Assembly (NCBI GenBank): GCA_963735595.1 | Contig: CAVTLK010000004.1 | Span: forward strand, 192,001-256,000 | Reading direction: 5' to 3' | DNA from: an uncultured delta proteobacterium | Lineage (GTDB): Bacteria > Desulfobacterota > Zymogenia > Zymogenales > Zymogenaceae | Length of the DNA stretch: 64,000 bases | In this document: positions 10,465 to 21,703 of the stretch, in pieces | Numbering within the stretch: position 1 is the stretch's first letter | How the letters are laid out: each line of letters starts with the position of its first letter | Position numbers and translations under genes: made by a program | Notes under the pieces: model-generated | Databases searched by the model: none | What the model was told of the DNA's origin: nothing | What the model saw: the letters and a program-made list of their open reading frames with translations, nothing else

Positions 10465-13308
10465 CTACCCCGCGGCGGCACTCCCGGTCTGCTCGCGGTT
10501 GAGGATATCCCGAAGGACGCGGCCCGTATACGAGTGCTCAACGTCCGCCACCTCTTCCGGGGTGCCGGTCGCCACGACCTCCCCTCCCCTGTCTCCCCCG
10601 TCGGGGCCCAGGTCGATGATCCAGTCGGCGCTCTTGATCATATCCGGGTTATGCTCGATAACGATGATGGTGTTGCCCTCGTTTCGCAGCCGGAACAGCA
10701 CCTTGAGGAGGTTTGCGATGTCGGCGAAGTGAAGCCCGGTCGTAGGCTCGTCGAGGATATAGAGGGTCTTGCCGGTGCTGCGCTTGGAAAGCTCGCGGGA
10801 AAGCTTGATACGCTGGGCCTCGCCGCCCGACAGCGTCGTGGCCGCCTGGCCCAGCGTAATATAGCCCAGGCCCACGTCGTGCAGCGTCAGGAGCTTTGCC
10901 ATGATCTGGGGATGACTGGTGAAGAACTCCATGGCCTGGTCTACCGTCATCTCCAGCACGTCGGCGATGTTCTTGCCCTTGTAGGTGATCTCGAGGGTCT
11001 CACGGTTGTAGCGCTTTCCCGCGCACGAGTCGCAGGTGACGTAGACGTCCGGCAGGAAGTGCATCTCGATCTTGATGATGCCGTCGCCCTGGCAGGTCTC
11101 GCAGCGGCCGCCCTTGACGTTGAAGCTGTAGCGGCCCGGCTTGTAGCCCCTGATCTTGGACTCGGGCAGCTGGGTAAAGAGGTCGCGGATGTGCGAGAAG
11201 AGGCCCGTATAGGTGGCCGGGTTTGAGCGGGGGGTGCGGCCGATGGGTGACTGGTCGATGTCGATGACCTTGTCGATGAGGTCTATGCCGGTGATTTTAT
11301 CGTGCTTGCCGGCCTTTTCCTTTGACCGGTAGAGGGCCTGGTTGAGGGCGAGGAACAGCGTATCGACCACGAGCGACGATTTGCCCGAGCCGGATACGCC
11401 GGTAACGCAGGTGAAGACGCCCAGCGGAAAGTCCGCGGTGATCGACTTGAGGTTGTTTTCCCGGGCGCCGGCGACCGAGAGCATCCCCTTTGATTTCCTG
11501 CGTTCGGCAGGGACCGGAATAGCGACCCTTCCCGAAAGGTATTTGCCGGTCAGTGACTTCTCGTCGGTAAGGATGTCGTCGGGCGTCCCCGAAAAAACGA
11601 CACGGCCGCCGGAAACGCCGGCCCCCGGCCCCATGTCGATGACGTAGTCGGCCGCCCTGATCGTCTCCTCGTCATGCTCCACGACGAGGACCGTGTTGCC
11701 CAGGTCGCGCAGGTTCATGAGGGTCTTGAGGAGCTTCTGGTTGTCCTTCTGGTGCAAACCGATGCTCGGCTCGTCCAGGATGTACAGCACCCCCATGAGG
11801 CGGGAACCGATCTGGGTCGCCAGGCGGATGCGCTGTCCCTCTCCTCCCGAGAGCGTGGCGGCGGTCCGGGAGAGCGAAAGGTAGTCAAGCCCGACGTCCA
11901 CCAAAAAACCGAGCCGCTCGATGATTTCCTTCTTAACGCGGCTGGCGATAAACTCCTCCTGGGCGGAGAGGGTGAGCGCCTCGAAGACGGTGAGCAGCTC
12001 TCTTACCGAGACGGTCGTATACTCGTAGATGCTTTTCCCGTCGATCCTGATGTGGAGGCTCTCCTTACGCAGACGCGCCCCGGCGCAGACCGGGCAGGAG
12101 CGCACGTTCATGAACCGGGCGATCTCCTCGCGGATCGCCTCGGAATCGGTCTCGCTGAAGCGGCGGTTGAGGTTTTCGATGATTCCCTCGAAGGGACGGG
12201 GATAGAAGAACTTACGGCCGTCCCGCTCGAAATAGAAGTCGATTTTATCTTCTCCCGATCCGAACAGGATAATGTTCTGGATCTTTTGGGGAAGCTTCTC
12301 GAAGGGGGTGTAGATATCGAAGCTGTAATGGTTTACCAGCGCGTCAAGCATCTGGAAGTGGTAGACCGAGTTCTTCTTTTCCCAGGGGACAATCGCCCCC
12401 TCCCGCAGCGACAGGGACCTGTTGGGGACGATGAGGTCCGGGTCCAGGTACATGGTTGTACCCAGGCCTCCGCACTGGGGGCAGGCGCCGTGGGGGTTGT
12501 TGAAGGAAAAGAGGCGCGGAGAGATCTCCGGGTAGCTGATCCCGCAGACATTGCACGCGAACTTCTCCGAAAAGGGGATCTCTTCTCCGTCCTCAACGGC
12601 GATGGTGACAAAACCGTCGGAAAGCCTGAGGGCAGTCTCCACGGAATCGGTCAGGCGGTGGCCGAGGGTCTCTTTCATCACGAGACGGTCGATGACCACC
12701 TCGATATCGTGCTTTTTGTTCTTATCGAGCGCGATTTCTTCGTCCAGCGTATACATGCTGCCGTCCACCCGGACCCGGAGGTAGCCGGAGCGCCGGAACG
12801 ACTCGAGCTCGCGCTTGTATTCGCCCTTTCTCCCCTTGACGACCGGGGCCAACACCGAAAACTTCGTGCCGGGGGCAAGCTCCAGGACGTGATCGACGAT
12901 GCTCTGGACGGTGACGGCGGTGATCTCCCGGCCGCAGTTGTAGCAGAAGGGATGGCCCACGCGGGCGAAGAGAAGCCTCAAATAGTCATATATCTCGGTG
13001 ACGGTGCCGACGGTGGAGCGGGGGTTCTTGCTGGTGGTCTTCTGCTCAATTGAGATGGCCGGGGAAAGCCCCTCGATGAAATCGACGTCGGGCTTGTCCA
13101 TCTGCTCGAGGAACTGCCGGGCGTAGGCCGACAGGGACTCCACGTAGCGACGCTGCCCCTCGGCATAGATCGTATCAAACGCGAGCGTGGATTTACCGGA
13201 GCCGGATAGCCCCGTGATGACGACGAGCTTATCCCGGGGGATGACAACCTCGATATCCTTGAGATTATGTTCCCGGGCGCCCTTTACCCGGATATGGGTT
13301 TCCGCCAT
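10465..13308 (-). CDS. uvrA: Excinuclease ABC subunit A
   Basis: GAREHNLK, two Walker A motifs ([16 protein letters not shown]), two LSGGE signatures and Zn-finger CxxC pairs. Confidence 0.99.
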   Translation of the reverse strand: MAETHIRVKGAREHNLKDIEVVIPRDKLVVITGLSGSGKSTLAFDTIYAEGQRRYVESLSAYARQFLEQMDKPDVDFIEGLSPAISIEQKTTSKNPRSTVGTVTEIYDYLRLLFARVGHPFCYNCGREITAVTVQSIVDHVLELAPGTKFSVLAPVVKGRKGEYKRELESFRRSGYLRVRVDGSMYTLDEEIALDKNKKHDIEVVIDRLVMKETLGHRLTDSVETALRLSDGFVTIAVEDGEEIPFSEKFACNVCGISYPEISPRLFSFNNPHGACPQCGGLGTTMYLDPDLIVPNRSLSLREGAIVPWEKKNSVYHFQMLDALVNHYSFDIYTPFEKLPQKIQNIILFGSGEDKIDFYFERDGRKFFYPRPFEGIIENLNRRFSETDSEAIREEIARFMNVRSCPVCAGARLRKESLHIRIDGKSIYEYTTVSVRELLTVFEALTLSAQEEFIASRVKKEIIERLGFLVDVGLDYLSLSRTAATLSGGEGQRIRLATQIGSRLMGVLYILDEPSIGLHQKDNQKLLKTLMNLRDLGNTVLVVEHDEETIRAADYVIDMGPGAGVSGGRVVFSGTPDDILTDEKSLTGKYLSGRVAIPVPAERRKSKGMLSVAGARENNLKSITADFPLGVFTCVTGVSGSGKSSLVVDTLFLALNQALYRSKEKAGKHDKITGIDLIDKVIDIDQSPIGRTPRSNPATYTGLFSHIRDLFTQLPESKIRGYKPGRYSFNVKGGRCETCQGDGIIKIEMHFLPDVYVTCDSCAGKRYNRETLEITYKGKNIADVLEMTVDQAMEFFTSHPQIMAKLLTLHDVGLGYITLGQAATTLSGGEAQRIKLSRELSKRSTGKTLYILDEPTTGLHFADIANLLKVLFRLRNEGNTIIVIEHNPDMIKSADWIIDLGPDGGDRGGEVVATGTPEEVADVEHSYTGRVLRDILNREQTGSAAAG

Positions 13309-13343
13309 GCGCGACCACCGTCTGCAGGTTAAATCAATCTGCA

Positions 13344-13372
13344 ATTATACTGCAAGATTCATCCTATGTAAA
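13344..13372 (-). promoter_or_regulatory. Putative sigma70 promoter of uvrA
   Basis: Minus strand TTTACA-17 bp-TATAAT. Confidence 0.6.
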
Positions 13373-13511
13373 GAGTTTCGTGAAAATTGATATATAAACG
13401 AGCCCATTGTTGGAGGGGACGATAGACATCCGGTTACGATGGAAACGTAGAACAAAAGTGAGGGATGCATGAATCGTCCGGTTGCCCCGTTCATCTTAAT
13501 TAGAAATATAG

Positions 13512-13540
13512 TTGACATAAGGGAGGGGGAATAGTATACT
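13512..13540 (+). promoter_or_regulatory. Putative sigma70 promoter of the FAD/Fe-S oxidoreductase
   Basis: TTGACA-17 bp-TATACT. Confidence 0.7.
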
Positions 13541-13609
13541 ATATTAGTCATGATTCGCGTCGCCATTCTTTTCCTACATATCTCATCAATAAAAAGCTAG
13601 GGAGGATAT

Positions 13610-16600
13610 ATGGGAGCATTGAGCAAAGCCGAGCGGTCGTTCCTCGAGGGGACGTTCGGCGGCCGCGTCACGTTTGACAGGATGGAGCGAAAGCTCTACG
13701 GGCACGACATAGCCGCGATGCCCGCGATTATGAAGCCGGTCATCGGGTCCACGGTGCCGGAAGCGGTCGTCCAGCCCGAGACCGAAAAGGAGCTGGTCGC
13801 GCTGGTGAGGTGGGCCAACGAAAACAGGATACCGCTGACCCCGCGGGGCAAGGCGTCGTCCGGGTACGGGGGAGTCCTGCCGGTAAAGGGGGGGGTCGTC
13901 GTTGATTTCTTCCGCATGAATAACGTCATCGCCATCGACAAGGCAAAGCAGACGGTCACGGCACAGGCAGGAATCGTTTGGGAAAAGATCGACCGGGCGC
14001 TCAAAAAGGAGGGGCTCACCGTCAACCTCTATCCCTCCAGCTACCCCGGTTCCACCGTCGGCGGATGGCTTGCCCAGGGAGGGACCGGGATCGGATCGTT
14101 TGAAGCGGGCTGGTTTGTCGACAACGTCGTTTCGGCCCGCGTAGTACTTGCCGACGGGACGGTAAAGGAATTCTCCGGCAAAGACATCGAGCTGATCTCC
14201 GAGGCCGAGGGCATCACCGGGCTGATCTCGACGATTACGATCAAGGCGATGAGAGACGAGAAACTCGCGGTCGTCGCGATCGGATGCCCCGATTCCCTCA
14301 ACACGCAAAAACTCATCGAGTCGATGATATCGGCCAAGCTGCCGATATGGTCGCTCATGTTCATCAACCCGCGAATGGCCGAGATGAAGAACCGCTCCCC
14401 GCTTATCGAGCAGCACGGCCATCCGGCCGAAGAGCGGGTGCTGCTGCCGGCGTCCTACATCATCACGATCGCCTACCGGGAAAAAGACACCGGCGCCGTG
14501 AAGGGAAAGATCACGGAGCTGATAAAGCCGTGCGAGGCCGAAATTCTCAGCGATCGGGTGGCGCAACACGAATGGAAAAACCGGTTCAAGCTGATGGTCG
14601 TCAAACGGCTCGGTCCAAGCCTCATACCGACGGAGATCGTCATTCCGCTTTCCGAACTCGGAGCGGTCATGGAGGAGATCGAGCATAAGGTAAACCAGCC
14701 GATCGTCAAGGAAGGCGTCGTCGTTCAACAGGGGAAGAACGGCAAGCCCGAGGTCGTCATATTGGGCTTTATTCCCGCCGACCAAAGAAAATTCAGCTAT
14801 AATCTCGTCTTCACTCTGGCGATGACCGTCATTAATATCGCCGAGCGGCACGGGGGACGGGCATACTCAACGGGCCTCTATTTCGCCAAGAAGGCCAGGG
14901 AAGTGCTGGGCAAACAGCGGGTTGAACGTATCAAGGAACTCAAGAAGAAAAGCGACCCAAGAGGCATCCTCAATCCCCACAAGGTGATCGATAACGGCTT
15001 TCTGGGAATGGTCATGGGGGCGGCGAAATTCCTGGAGCCCTTCGGCAGACCGTTGGGCAACTACATCATCACCAAAATCGGCGAGCGTCCAACCGAACCC
15101 GATACGGGACATCCCGGCCGACGTGGCGTGGTACGCCTACGGCTGCTCCCAGTGCGGCTACTGTGTCGAGGAATGCGACCAGTTCTACGGCCGCGGGTGG
15201 GAGAGCCAGTCCCCGCGCGGCAAGTGGTACTGGCTGCGGGAATATATGGAGGGCAGAGAGGAGTGGAACCAGGCCGTGGTGGATACCTTCCTGGTCTGCA
15301 CGACCTGCGAGCTCTGTAACCTGCGCTGCAGTGCGGCGCTGCCCATCGAGCCGTCATGGATGAAGCTGCGCGGAAAGCTCATCCATGAAGAGAAGAAAAT
15401 GACCTTCCCGCCCTTCGAGATGATGACCGCGGCCCTCACCAAGGAGGGGGACATCTGGGCAGGCTACCGAAAGAACCGATGGGACTGGTTCCCCAAGGAT
15501 CTTGCCGAGAAACACGGGCCGGGTAAAAAGGGAAAGGCCGTCTATTTTGCAGGATGTACGGCGAGCTACGTCGAGCACGATATCGCGATGGCATCCGTCC
15601 GGCTCCTGGATAAGGCGGGGGTCGATTTTGTCACCGTCGGCAACAAGGAAAGCTGCTGCGGCACGCCCATGCTGGTGGCCGGTAAGTGGGAGGTCTTTGC
15701 CGAAACAATGAAAAAGAACATCGCCGCCGTAAAGGCCGCGGGGGCCGATACGGTCATCAGCTCGTGCCCCGCCTGTGACATGATGTGGAGGCACACCTAC
15801 CCCGAATGGGCAGAGAAGCTCGGCGTTGAATTCGGGATCACCGCGAAACACTACAGCGAGGTCGTCTCCGAAAAGATCAAGTCGGGAAAATTCACCTTCC
15901 CCTCCAACGGGAAGAAGAAGGAAAAGGTCACCTGGCACGACTCGTGCCATATCGGCCGCGTCTCGGGCGTATACGAAGCGCCGCGCGACCTCATCAAGGC
16001 CAACCCCAACGCCGACTTTGTGGAGATGCCGTTTAACCGGGACGAGGCCCACTGCTGCGGGAGCGTGCTCACCCTCATCAAGGATCCGCCGATCGCGGCC
16101 GAAATCGGCAGAACGCGCATCGAGGAGGCCCTGGAAGTCGGCGCGGAAAAGATCGTAGCGCTATGCCCCTGCTGCGAGTTCCAGCTCAGGGTATCGGCAG
16201 ACAAGAAGAAGCTCCCCGTGGAGGTCGTGGACCTGGCACGGTACTCGTCGGAGGCGCTCGGGTACGACTTTCCCGATCCGAATCCGGAGGTAAAAAGACA
16301 GTGGGCGGTCTTCGAGGCGATGATCGCGCTGATGACGCCCCAGGGATTCGCCGACCTGATGGGCACGATGTTCAAGGAACTGATCGACGCCATGCCGCTG
16401 GGCATGGGACCGATGATGCGCGTGATGGGAAAGATACCGGGTGCGCTCAACCTCATGAAGCCGATGTTCCCGGTGCTATTTCCGATCCTTCTTCCGAGGA
16501 TGATGCCCAAGGTCATGCCCACGATGCTCTCGCGCGTGGCCGACAAGGTACCGATGCCCGACTACATGCTGGAGCAGATGCCGGAATTGATGCCCAAGGT

Positions 16601-16691
16601 CATGGATAACCTCATGCCCCATATGATCGGGGACGTGGTGCCGCTGGTGACCGGCCCGATGATCGATTATCTGCAGGGTAAAAGGGCATAG
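13610..16691 (+). CDS. FAD-binding plus Fe-S/CCG-domain oxidoreductase (GlcD-GlcF-like fusion; indel near 15105)
   Basis: PCMH-type FAD motifs (TPRGKASSGYGG, STVGGW, SEAEGITG, DPRGILNP); CSQCGYCVEEC and CTTCELC clusters; two CCG domains; Met/Pro-rich tail. Confidence 0.9.
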
Positions 16692-16711
16692 ACTTCGTTA
16701 AAAGAAAAGCG

Positions 16712-16744
16712 AAAAAAGCCCCACCATAATGGTGGGGCTTTTTT
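16712..16744. terminator. Bidirectional terminator
   Basis: AAAAAAGCCCCACCAT-A-ATGGTGGGGCTTTTTT between convergent genes. Confidence 0.85.
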
Positions 16745-16827
16745 ATTTCGATGCAAGGCGTCAGGAAAGGCGGCTTCGCTCAGTAAAACAGCCAATTTGC
16801 CGCAGAGCCATCTTCGGCGCTCCCGCC

Positions 16828-18453
16828 CTATTCCGCCCCCGCCCCCGGCTTGAAATGCTCATGGGTGAGCTTACCCGCGGACTTAAAGTGCCCGAAGATC
16901 CCCTTTTTCGGGTAGATATCCTCCAGCAGGAAGACGAGAAAGGAAAAGACGAAGATAATGATCCCCGAGACGAGGAAGCAGTCGTCGAATGCATTGGAGG
17001 ATGCCCATTTTTGAAAATGGGTGGCGACAATATAGTAGGCCTTCGTGGTGACGCTGTCGAGCGTGCTGCCGGAAAGGATGAGGGCGCTCTTGATCTTGGC
17101 CACCAGCAGGTTCAGCGGGGTGTTGTCCGGCGTGAAGTAGCTCAGGTAGGTCTGCTGGTGGAACATTCGCCTGCGGGTGAGGAAGGCCCCGAAGACCGCG
17201 ATCCCGAGGGCCGCGGAGACCTGCATGATCAGGTTGAGGAGACCCGATGCCAGGCTCATCATCTTCTGAGGCACGGAGTTCATGGCGGCCACGGTTATGG
17301 GCGCCATGAGAAAGCCCATGCCCGCCCCCCGCAGGATGAGCCCGTAGAGCATAAAGCCGCGGGACGAGTTGAGGGAGAGCTCGCTGTAGAGAAAGAATGA
17401 ATAGGCGGTGATGATCCCCCCAATGATGTACGGGACCTTCGGGCCGATGCGGTCGGTGAGGTTGCCGGCTATCGGCATCGCGAGGGCGACCGCCAGTGCC
17501 GAGGGCATCATAAGTAAGCCGGTATCTAAGGCCGAGTACCCGAGCAGCTGCTGGAGAAACAGCGGCAAGAGAAACACGGAGGAAAAGAGGGCGATCGATC
17601 GTATGGTCCCCAGTATACAGGTGATTGAAAAATTGCGTATCTTGAAGATCTGAAGGTTGACGATCGGGTGTTCCACTATCGATTCGACGATCAGGAAAAT
17701 CATGAAGGAAAAGTAAGCGACTGCAAACAGCGTCAGGATATAGGTAGAGCCCCACCCTTCCCGCTCCCCCTGGGTCAACCCGGTGAGAAGCCCCGCCAGG
17801 GCGAGGGACAGGAAGAAGAACCCTAAGAAGTCAAACCGATAAAGACCCCGGTGACCGGTGCTGCGGCGCATGAGGGCCAGGGTCAGGGCGATGACAACGG
17901 CGCCGATCGGTATATTGATATAAAATATAGCGCGCCAGTTTACGTAGTCCAGGAGGTAGCCGCCGATAGTGGGGCCGAGCGCCGGTGCGATAGTGGCCCC
18001 GGCGCCCCATACCCCAAGGGCCATCCCCCGCTGGCTCGGCGGGAAGACCTCGCTGACCATCGTGAGTCCGGTGGGCATGAGCGCACCCCCCCCGACCGCC
18101 TGGATGACCCGAAAGAAGATCAGGGAATCGAGGCTCCACGCCAGGCCGCAGAGGGCTGAACCGATCGTAAATACCACGAGGGCCAGCGCAAACGCGTTCC
18201 TGAGGCCGATGGCGTCCCGAAACCAGGTGGTCGCCGGCATCAGGATCGCAAAGGCCAGCATGTATCCGGTCGAAACCCATTCGATCTGCTCGAGGTTGGC
18301 CGAAAAGGTGACCATCAGGTGGGAAAGAGCAACGTTGACAATAGAGCTGTCCAGGATGGCCATGAACGAGCCGAGGATGGCCAGAGCCAGGACCTCCCAC
18401 TTATAGAAGGAGTTCTCGTCGCTATTCGTCGGATTTTGAGTCGTGGTGGTCAC
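16828..18453 (-). CDS. DHA2-family MFS efflux permease (EmrB-like)
   Basis: Motifs ILDSSIVNVAL, FRVIQAVGGG, GPTIGGYL and WRAIFYINIPIG. Confidence 0.93.
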   Translation of the reverse strand: MTTTTQNPTNSDENSFYKWEVLALAILGSFMAILDSSIVNVALSHLMVTFSANLEQIEWVSTGYMLAFAILMPATTWFRDAIGLRNAFALALVVFTIGSALCGLAWSLDSLIFFRVIQAVGGGALMPTGLTMVSEVFPPSQRGMALGVWGAGATIAPALGPTIGGYLLDYVNWRAIFYINIPIGAVVIALTLALMRRSTGHRGLYRFDFLGFFFLSLALAGLLTGLTQGEREGWGSTYILTLFAVAYFSFMIFLIVESIVEHPIVNLQIFKIRNFSITCILGTIRSIALFSSVFLLPLFLQQLLGYSALDTGLLMMPSALAVALAMPIAGNLTDRIGPKVPYIIGGIITAYSFFLYSELSLNSSRGFMLYGLILRGAGMGFLMAPITVAAMNSVPQKMMSLASGLLNLIMQVSAALGIAVFGAFLTRRRMFHQQTYLSYFTPDNTPLNLLVAKIKSALILSGSTLDSVTTKAYYIVATHFQKWASSNAFDDCFLVSGIIIFVFSFLVFLLEDIYPKKGIFGHFKSAGKLTHEHFKPGAGAE

Positions 18454-19379
18454 TTCGTGTAGATGGTAACGGCTACGTTTGATCCCGGCCTGAGGATAAA
18501 TCCCTTTGTATCGATCGATATCCGGACGGGTATGGTCTGGGTCACCTTGATAAAGCTTCCCGAGACATTATCCTGGGGGATGAGGGAAAAAACGGCGGTG
18601 GCGGCAACCCCGATGTCGATGACCTCTCCCCTGAAGACCTCCCCCGGATAGGTATCCACAATAATCTTTACGGGCTGCCCAACCGCAATGTCGGCCACTT
18701 CGTCCTCGTTTATCTTCGCCGTCACCCAGACGTTATTCGGATCGACGAGCGCGCAGACCGGCTGCCCGGCCGTGACGATCTCCCCCAGGTCGGCAAGCTT
18801 CTTCGCGAACCGCCCGTTGATGGGGGATTTCAGCGGGATGTAGGGGGTATCGGCCTCGGTCACCGCAAGAATATTGCGGGCCATGTCGTAGAGGTCCCTG
18901 GCGGAATCGACCTGGGCGCGGAGGATTGAAAGCGATGTCGCTTCGCCGTCAAGCTCCTGGCGGGGCACCCCCCCGGTCTCGAAGAGGGCCTTCTTGCGGG
19001 CGTAGTTCTTTTCGGCAAGGATCAGCTTGTCACTGAGGTTCTCGATCTCCTTTTTCATACCGGCAAGCGTCGAGAAGGCCGAGAGGTTCTCGGAGCCCTT
19101 GAGCCGCTCCGCGGTGCCCAGGAGCGGATTGATCTCGGCCACTGTCTCGCCGATAGAGACCTCGTTGAACTCGGATTTCGGGAGTTTCGCCACGATACCG
19201 GCCGTATCGCTGGAAATGTAGATAATATCGCCGTCGATCTTGGCGTTTTCCGTCCGTACCGTACCGTAGGTAAAGACCAGCCACGATACCGTGGCAATCA
19301 GCCCCGCGGCGATAAATCCGAGGGGGATGCTGATCTCTTTTCTCGTGAGAAGCTTCTTGATATCGAATTTCTTGATCAT
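18450..19379 (-). CDS. HlyD/EmrA-family membrane fusion protein
   Basis: N-terminal TM segment; FSLIPQDN.SGSFIKVTQ.IPVRI and LRPGSN; stop overlaps the EmrB start (GTGA). Confidence 0.92.
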   Translation of the reverse strand: MIKKFDIKKLLTRKEISIPLGFIAAGLIATVSWLVFTYGTVRTENAKIDGDIIYISSDTAGIVAKLPKSEFNEVSIGETVAEINPLLGTAERLKGSENLSAFSTLAGMKKEIENLSDKLILAEKNYARKKALFETGGVPRQELDGEATSLSILRAQVDSARDLYDMARNILAVTEADTPYIPLKSPINGRFAKKLADLGEIVTAGQPVCALVDPNNVWVTAKINEDEVADIAVGQPVKIIVDTYPGEVFRGEVIDIGVAATAVFSLIPQDNVSGSFIKVTQTIPVRISIDTKGFILRPGSNVAVTIYTK

Positions 19380-19423
19380 CGTCGCCTATTCATACGGCAG
19401 TATAGCGGCCGGCCGCGCGGGTT

Positions 19424-19975
19424 TCACCTGGCGCCTCGCCCGGGGATGGGATGCGCAATTGTCTTGTTTGCCCGGTCGGGGTCAAACGGGGGCATTACGT
19501 GGGCCTTGCCGTCGTGGCAACGCGCACAGGTCTCGCCGGGATTGGCGACAAGGCCCTTCGAAACGGCCTTTGTTTTATCGTACATGATCGAGAAAAAGGC
19601 ATACCCTCCGCCCGCCCCGTGGCACGCTTCGCAGCTAACCCCGTCTTCCCTTCGGTAGAGCGGCCCGAGGAGGTTAAAGGGCGTATCGTAGCCGGTCAGG
19701 TGGCACGAAAGGCACTTCGGATCGCGGGCGGGTTTTGCGATCCCCTTTTCTTTGGCGATGGCTATCCCCTGTTCGGAGGAAAGGTCGCTCAAGGCGCGCC
19801 TGTGGGCGGACGAAAACCACGTATCGTATTGATTGCCGATTTCCACTGTGGAGTGGCACAGCGAACACCGAGAGGCACCTTCGAAGGGATAGGCCGGAAG
19901 ATCGGTGAATGAGAGAAGAAAGATCCCGGCGACGCATAACAGGCCGAGGGTCAACGGGGGCAGGTACTTTTTCAT
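19424..19975 (-). CDS. Tetraheme cytochrome c (c554-like)
   Basis: Hydrophobic N-terminus and four CxxCH motifs: CSLCH, CLSCH, CEACH, CARCH. Confidence 0.9.
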   Translation of the reverse strand: MKKYLPPLTLGLLCVAGIFLLSFTDLPAYPFEGASRCSLCHSTVEIGNQYDTWFSSAHRRALSDLSSEQGIAIAKEKGIAKPARDPKCLSCHLTGYDTPFNLLGPLYRREDGVSCEACHGAGGGYAFFSIMYDKTKAVSKGLVANPGETCARCHDGKAHVMPPFDPDRANKTIAHPIPGRGAR

Positions 19976-20078
19976 GAAACGAATCATAGCTTTAGGCGAT
20001 AGCCAAGTCAATAAAAAGTTTGACTTTATCCGTAAAAAGAGATACTTATTCTTCCAAGGGATTATGAGGAGTACTTCT

Positions 20079-20331
20079 ATGAAAAGGGCTGTTTTGGTCG
20101 CTGTCGCCGTATTGTTTGCGGCGGGCCTTATGTTGACCTCCGGGGTGCGGCCCGAGCACCAGGGAGCAACTGGAACAGAAGACCAAGGAGAACCAGGAGC
20201 TTCAGACCAAGGTCACGGAGCTGGAGAAGGAAGTGAAGAAGCTTCAGGGTGACCTGTCTACGTGCCAGGAGGATTTCAAGAACCTCCTTTATTATAACAG
20301 GGAAAAGGACAAGGGGTCCACGAGCCGGTAA
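20079..20331 (+). CDS. Small coiled-coil lipoprotein (indel in the G-run near 20143)
   Basis: Signal peptide MKRAVLVAV...LTSG-C, then a heptad-like EQLEQKTKENQELQTKVTELEKEVKKLQ in the shifted frame. Confidence 0.65.
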
Positions 20332-20513
20332 TCCGGTGCACCAGTCAGGCGGCCGATGATGGTCAACCCGTCAGGGGTTTCCCTTTCTCATCGGCTCCCC
20401 GTTCGGCCGGTACGGTCCCCGGGCCGACGGCTCCCTCGACAAGAGACCATCCTGGTAAAGACAGAAAGAGTTCCCGTATCGACATCCTCATAGATTCTTG
20501 TTGTTTGAGTATA

Positions 20514-21526
20514 ATGAATCGGGCGGCAGGAGCGGCCGCCTTCACCGGTTATCGTGGTCGGGTAACGGTGGACTGCAGTATCCTATCCCGCCAGAGAAAG
20601 ACCCCCGTCCTCAGGCGGGCACCTTCGGGTGCCTTGCCGGCATCCCCTCTGTCAATGTCACCGATCGGGTGCCTGCTGGGCTGCGTCTACTGCTACGCCC
20701 GCGGCTACCCGGGCGCTCCGGGGGCGGACCGGGTCGTCCTCTTTAGTAACCTCGCCCAAAAACTTACGGAAGAACTCCGGCATAAACGGCGGCAGCCGCG
20801 CCTGGTTCTCTTCAACACCGCCTCGGATTCCTTTCAACCACATCCCGATATCATCGAGTACCTCGGTCAGGCTCATGGAGATCCTGCTGGATCGCGGGAT
20901 TGCGGTCTCACTGCTCACCAAGGGGGTCCTGCCGCGGCGTTTTCTGGAGCCGTGGCCCGGGCCACCCGGGTCTTGTCTTCGTCCGGATCGGGATCGTCTC
21001 CCTTGATCCCTCGATATCAGGCGCGGTTCGAGCCGTGTGCGGCAACGCCGGACGAAAGCCTTGCCAATATCGAGCGGCTGGTCTCGGTCGGGATCGTCCC
21101 GGAGGCGCGGATCGATCCGGTGATTCCGTTCGTGACCGACGCGAAGGCTTCGTTTGAGACGTTGTTTCGGGAACTGGCGGCGCGTGGGGTGAGAAAGGCG
21201 ATGATCAGCTATCTCCACCTGCGGCCGGCAATCGAGGCCCGGTGAAACGGGAGATCGAGCCGGTTAGTCGCCGAGCTGATCGGGCGAATGTTTCGGGGGG
21301 CCGGATACAAAACGGTGGGCGCCTCGACGATGACCAAGCTTATCCTCCGAGGTCAGGCGGCGGGGTTACGAACGGGCGCGCGAGGCCGCCGACCGGCACG
21401 GGGTGGCGCTCTCGATCTGTTCGTGCAAGAACCCGGAAATGGAGGGCGGACTCTGCGTGGAGGGACTGGGGAGTTGGCGGGGGAAAAGCGGGGGGAAAAG
21501 GCCGGCAGCTCTCGCTACTGGAGTGA
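20514..21526 (+). CDS. Radical SAM protein, spore-photoproduct-lyase-like family (several indels)
   Basis: GCLLGCVYCYA (CX3CX2C), FNTASDSFQP, LLTKG, FEPCAAT, RIDPVIP and ICSCKNP. Confidence 0.8.
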
Positions 21527-21543
21527 CGGCTCAAGAAGGACAT

Positions 21544-21608
21544 TCACCACGAAGGCACAAAGGCACGAAGGAAAAGAGCCTTCTTTGTGCCTTCGTGCCT
21601 TGTGGTGA
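21544..21608. repeat. Inverted repeat built from 9-bp sub-repeats (REP-like)
   Basis: TCACCACGAAGGCACAAAGGCACGAAG ... CTTTGTGCCTTCGTGCCTTGTGGTGA. Confidence 0.8.
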
Positions 21609-21660
21609 CTTCTTCTGAGAGATTACGGCGACAGGAAATAACGTCGTCTCTGTCGGGGTG

Positions 21661-21703
21661 TTGACAAATGTCGGTGCATGAACGGTATAGTGCTAACCGT
21701 TCA
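21661..21703 (+). promoter_or_regulatory. Promoter with overlapping inverted-repeat operator upstream of enoyl-CoA hydratase
   Basis: TTGACA at 21661, TATAGT near 21686, and TGAACGGT-N9-ACCGTTCA at 21679-21703. Confidence 0.55.

Noticed and set aside
10534..13053. Long antisense ORFs, e.g. 11674-13053 (+), also 49127-50311, 51132-52118 and 62121-63092
   Set aside because: They are shadow frames of GC3-biased genes on the opposite strand, with no recognisable motifs.
13320..13372. LexA (SOS) box upstream of uvrA
   Set aside because: Only an imperfect inverted repeat and CTGCA repeats surround the -10 box, with no match to LexA consensus sequences I can vouch for.
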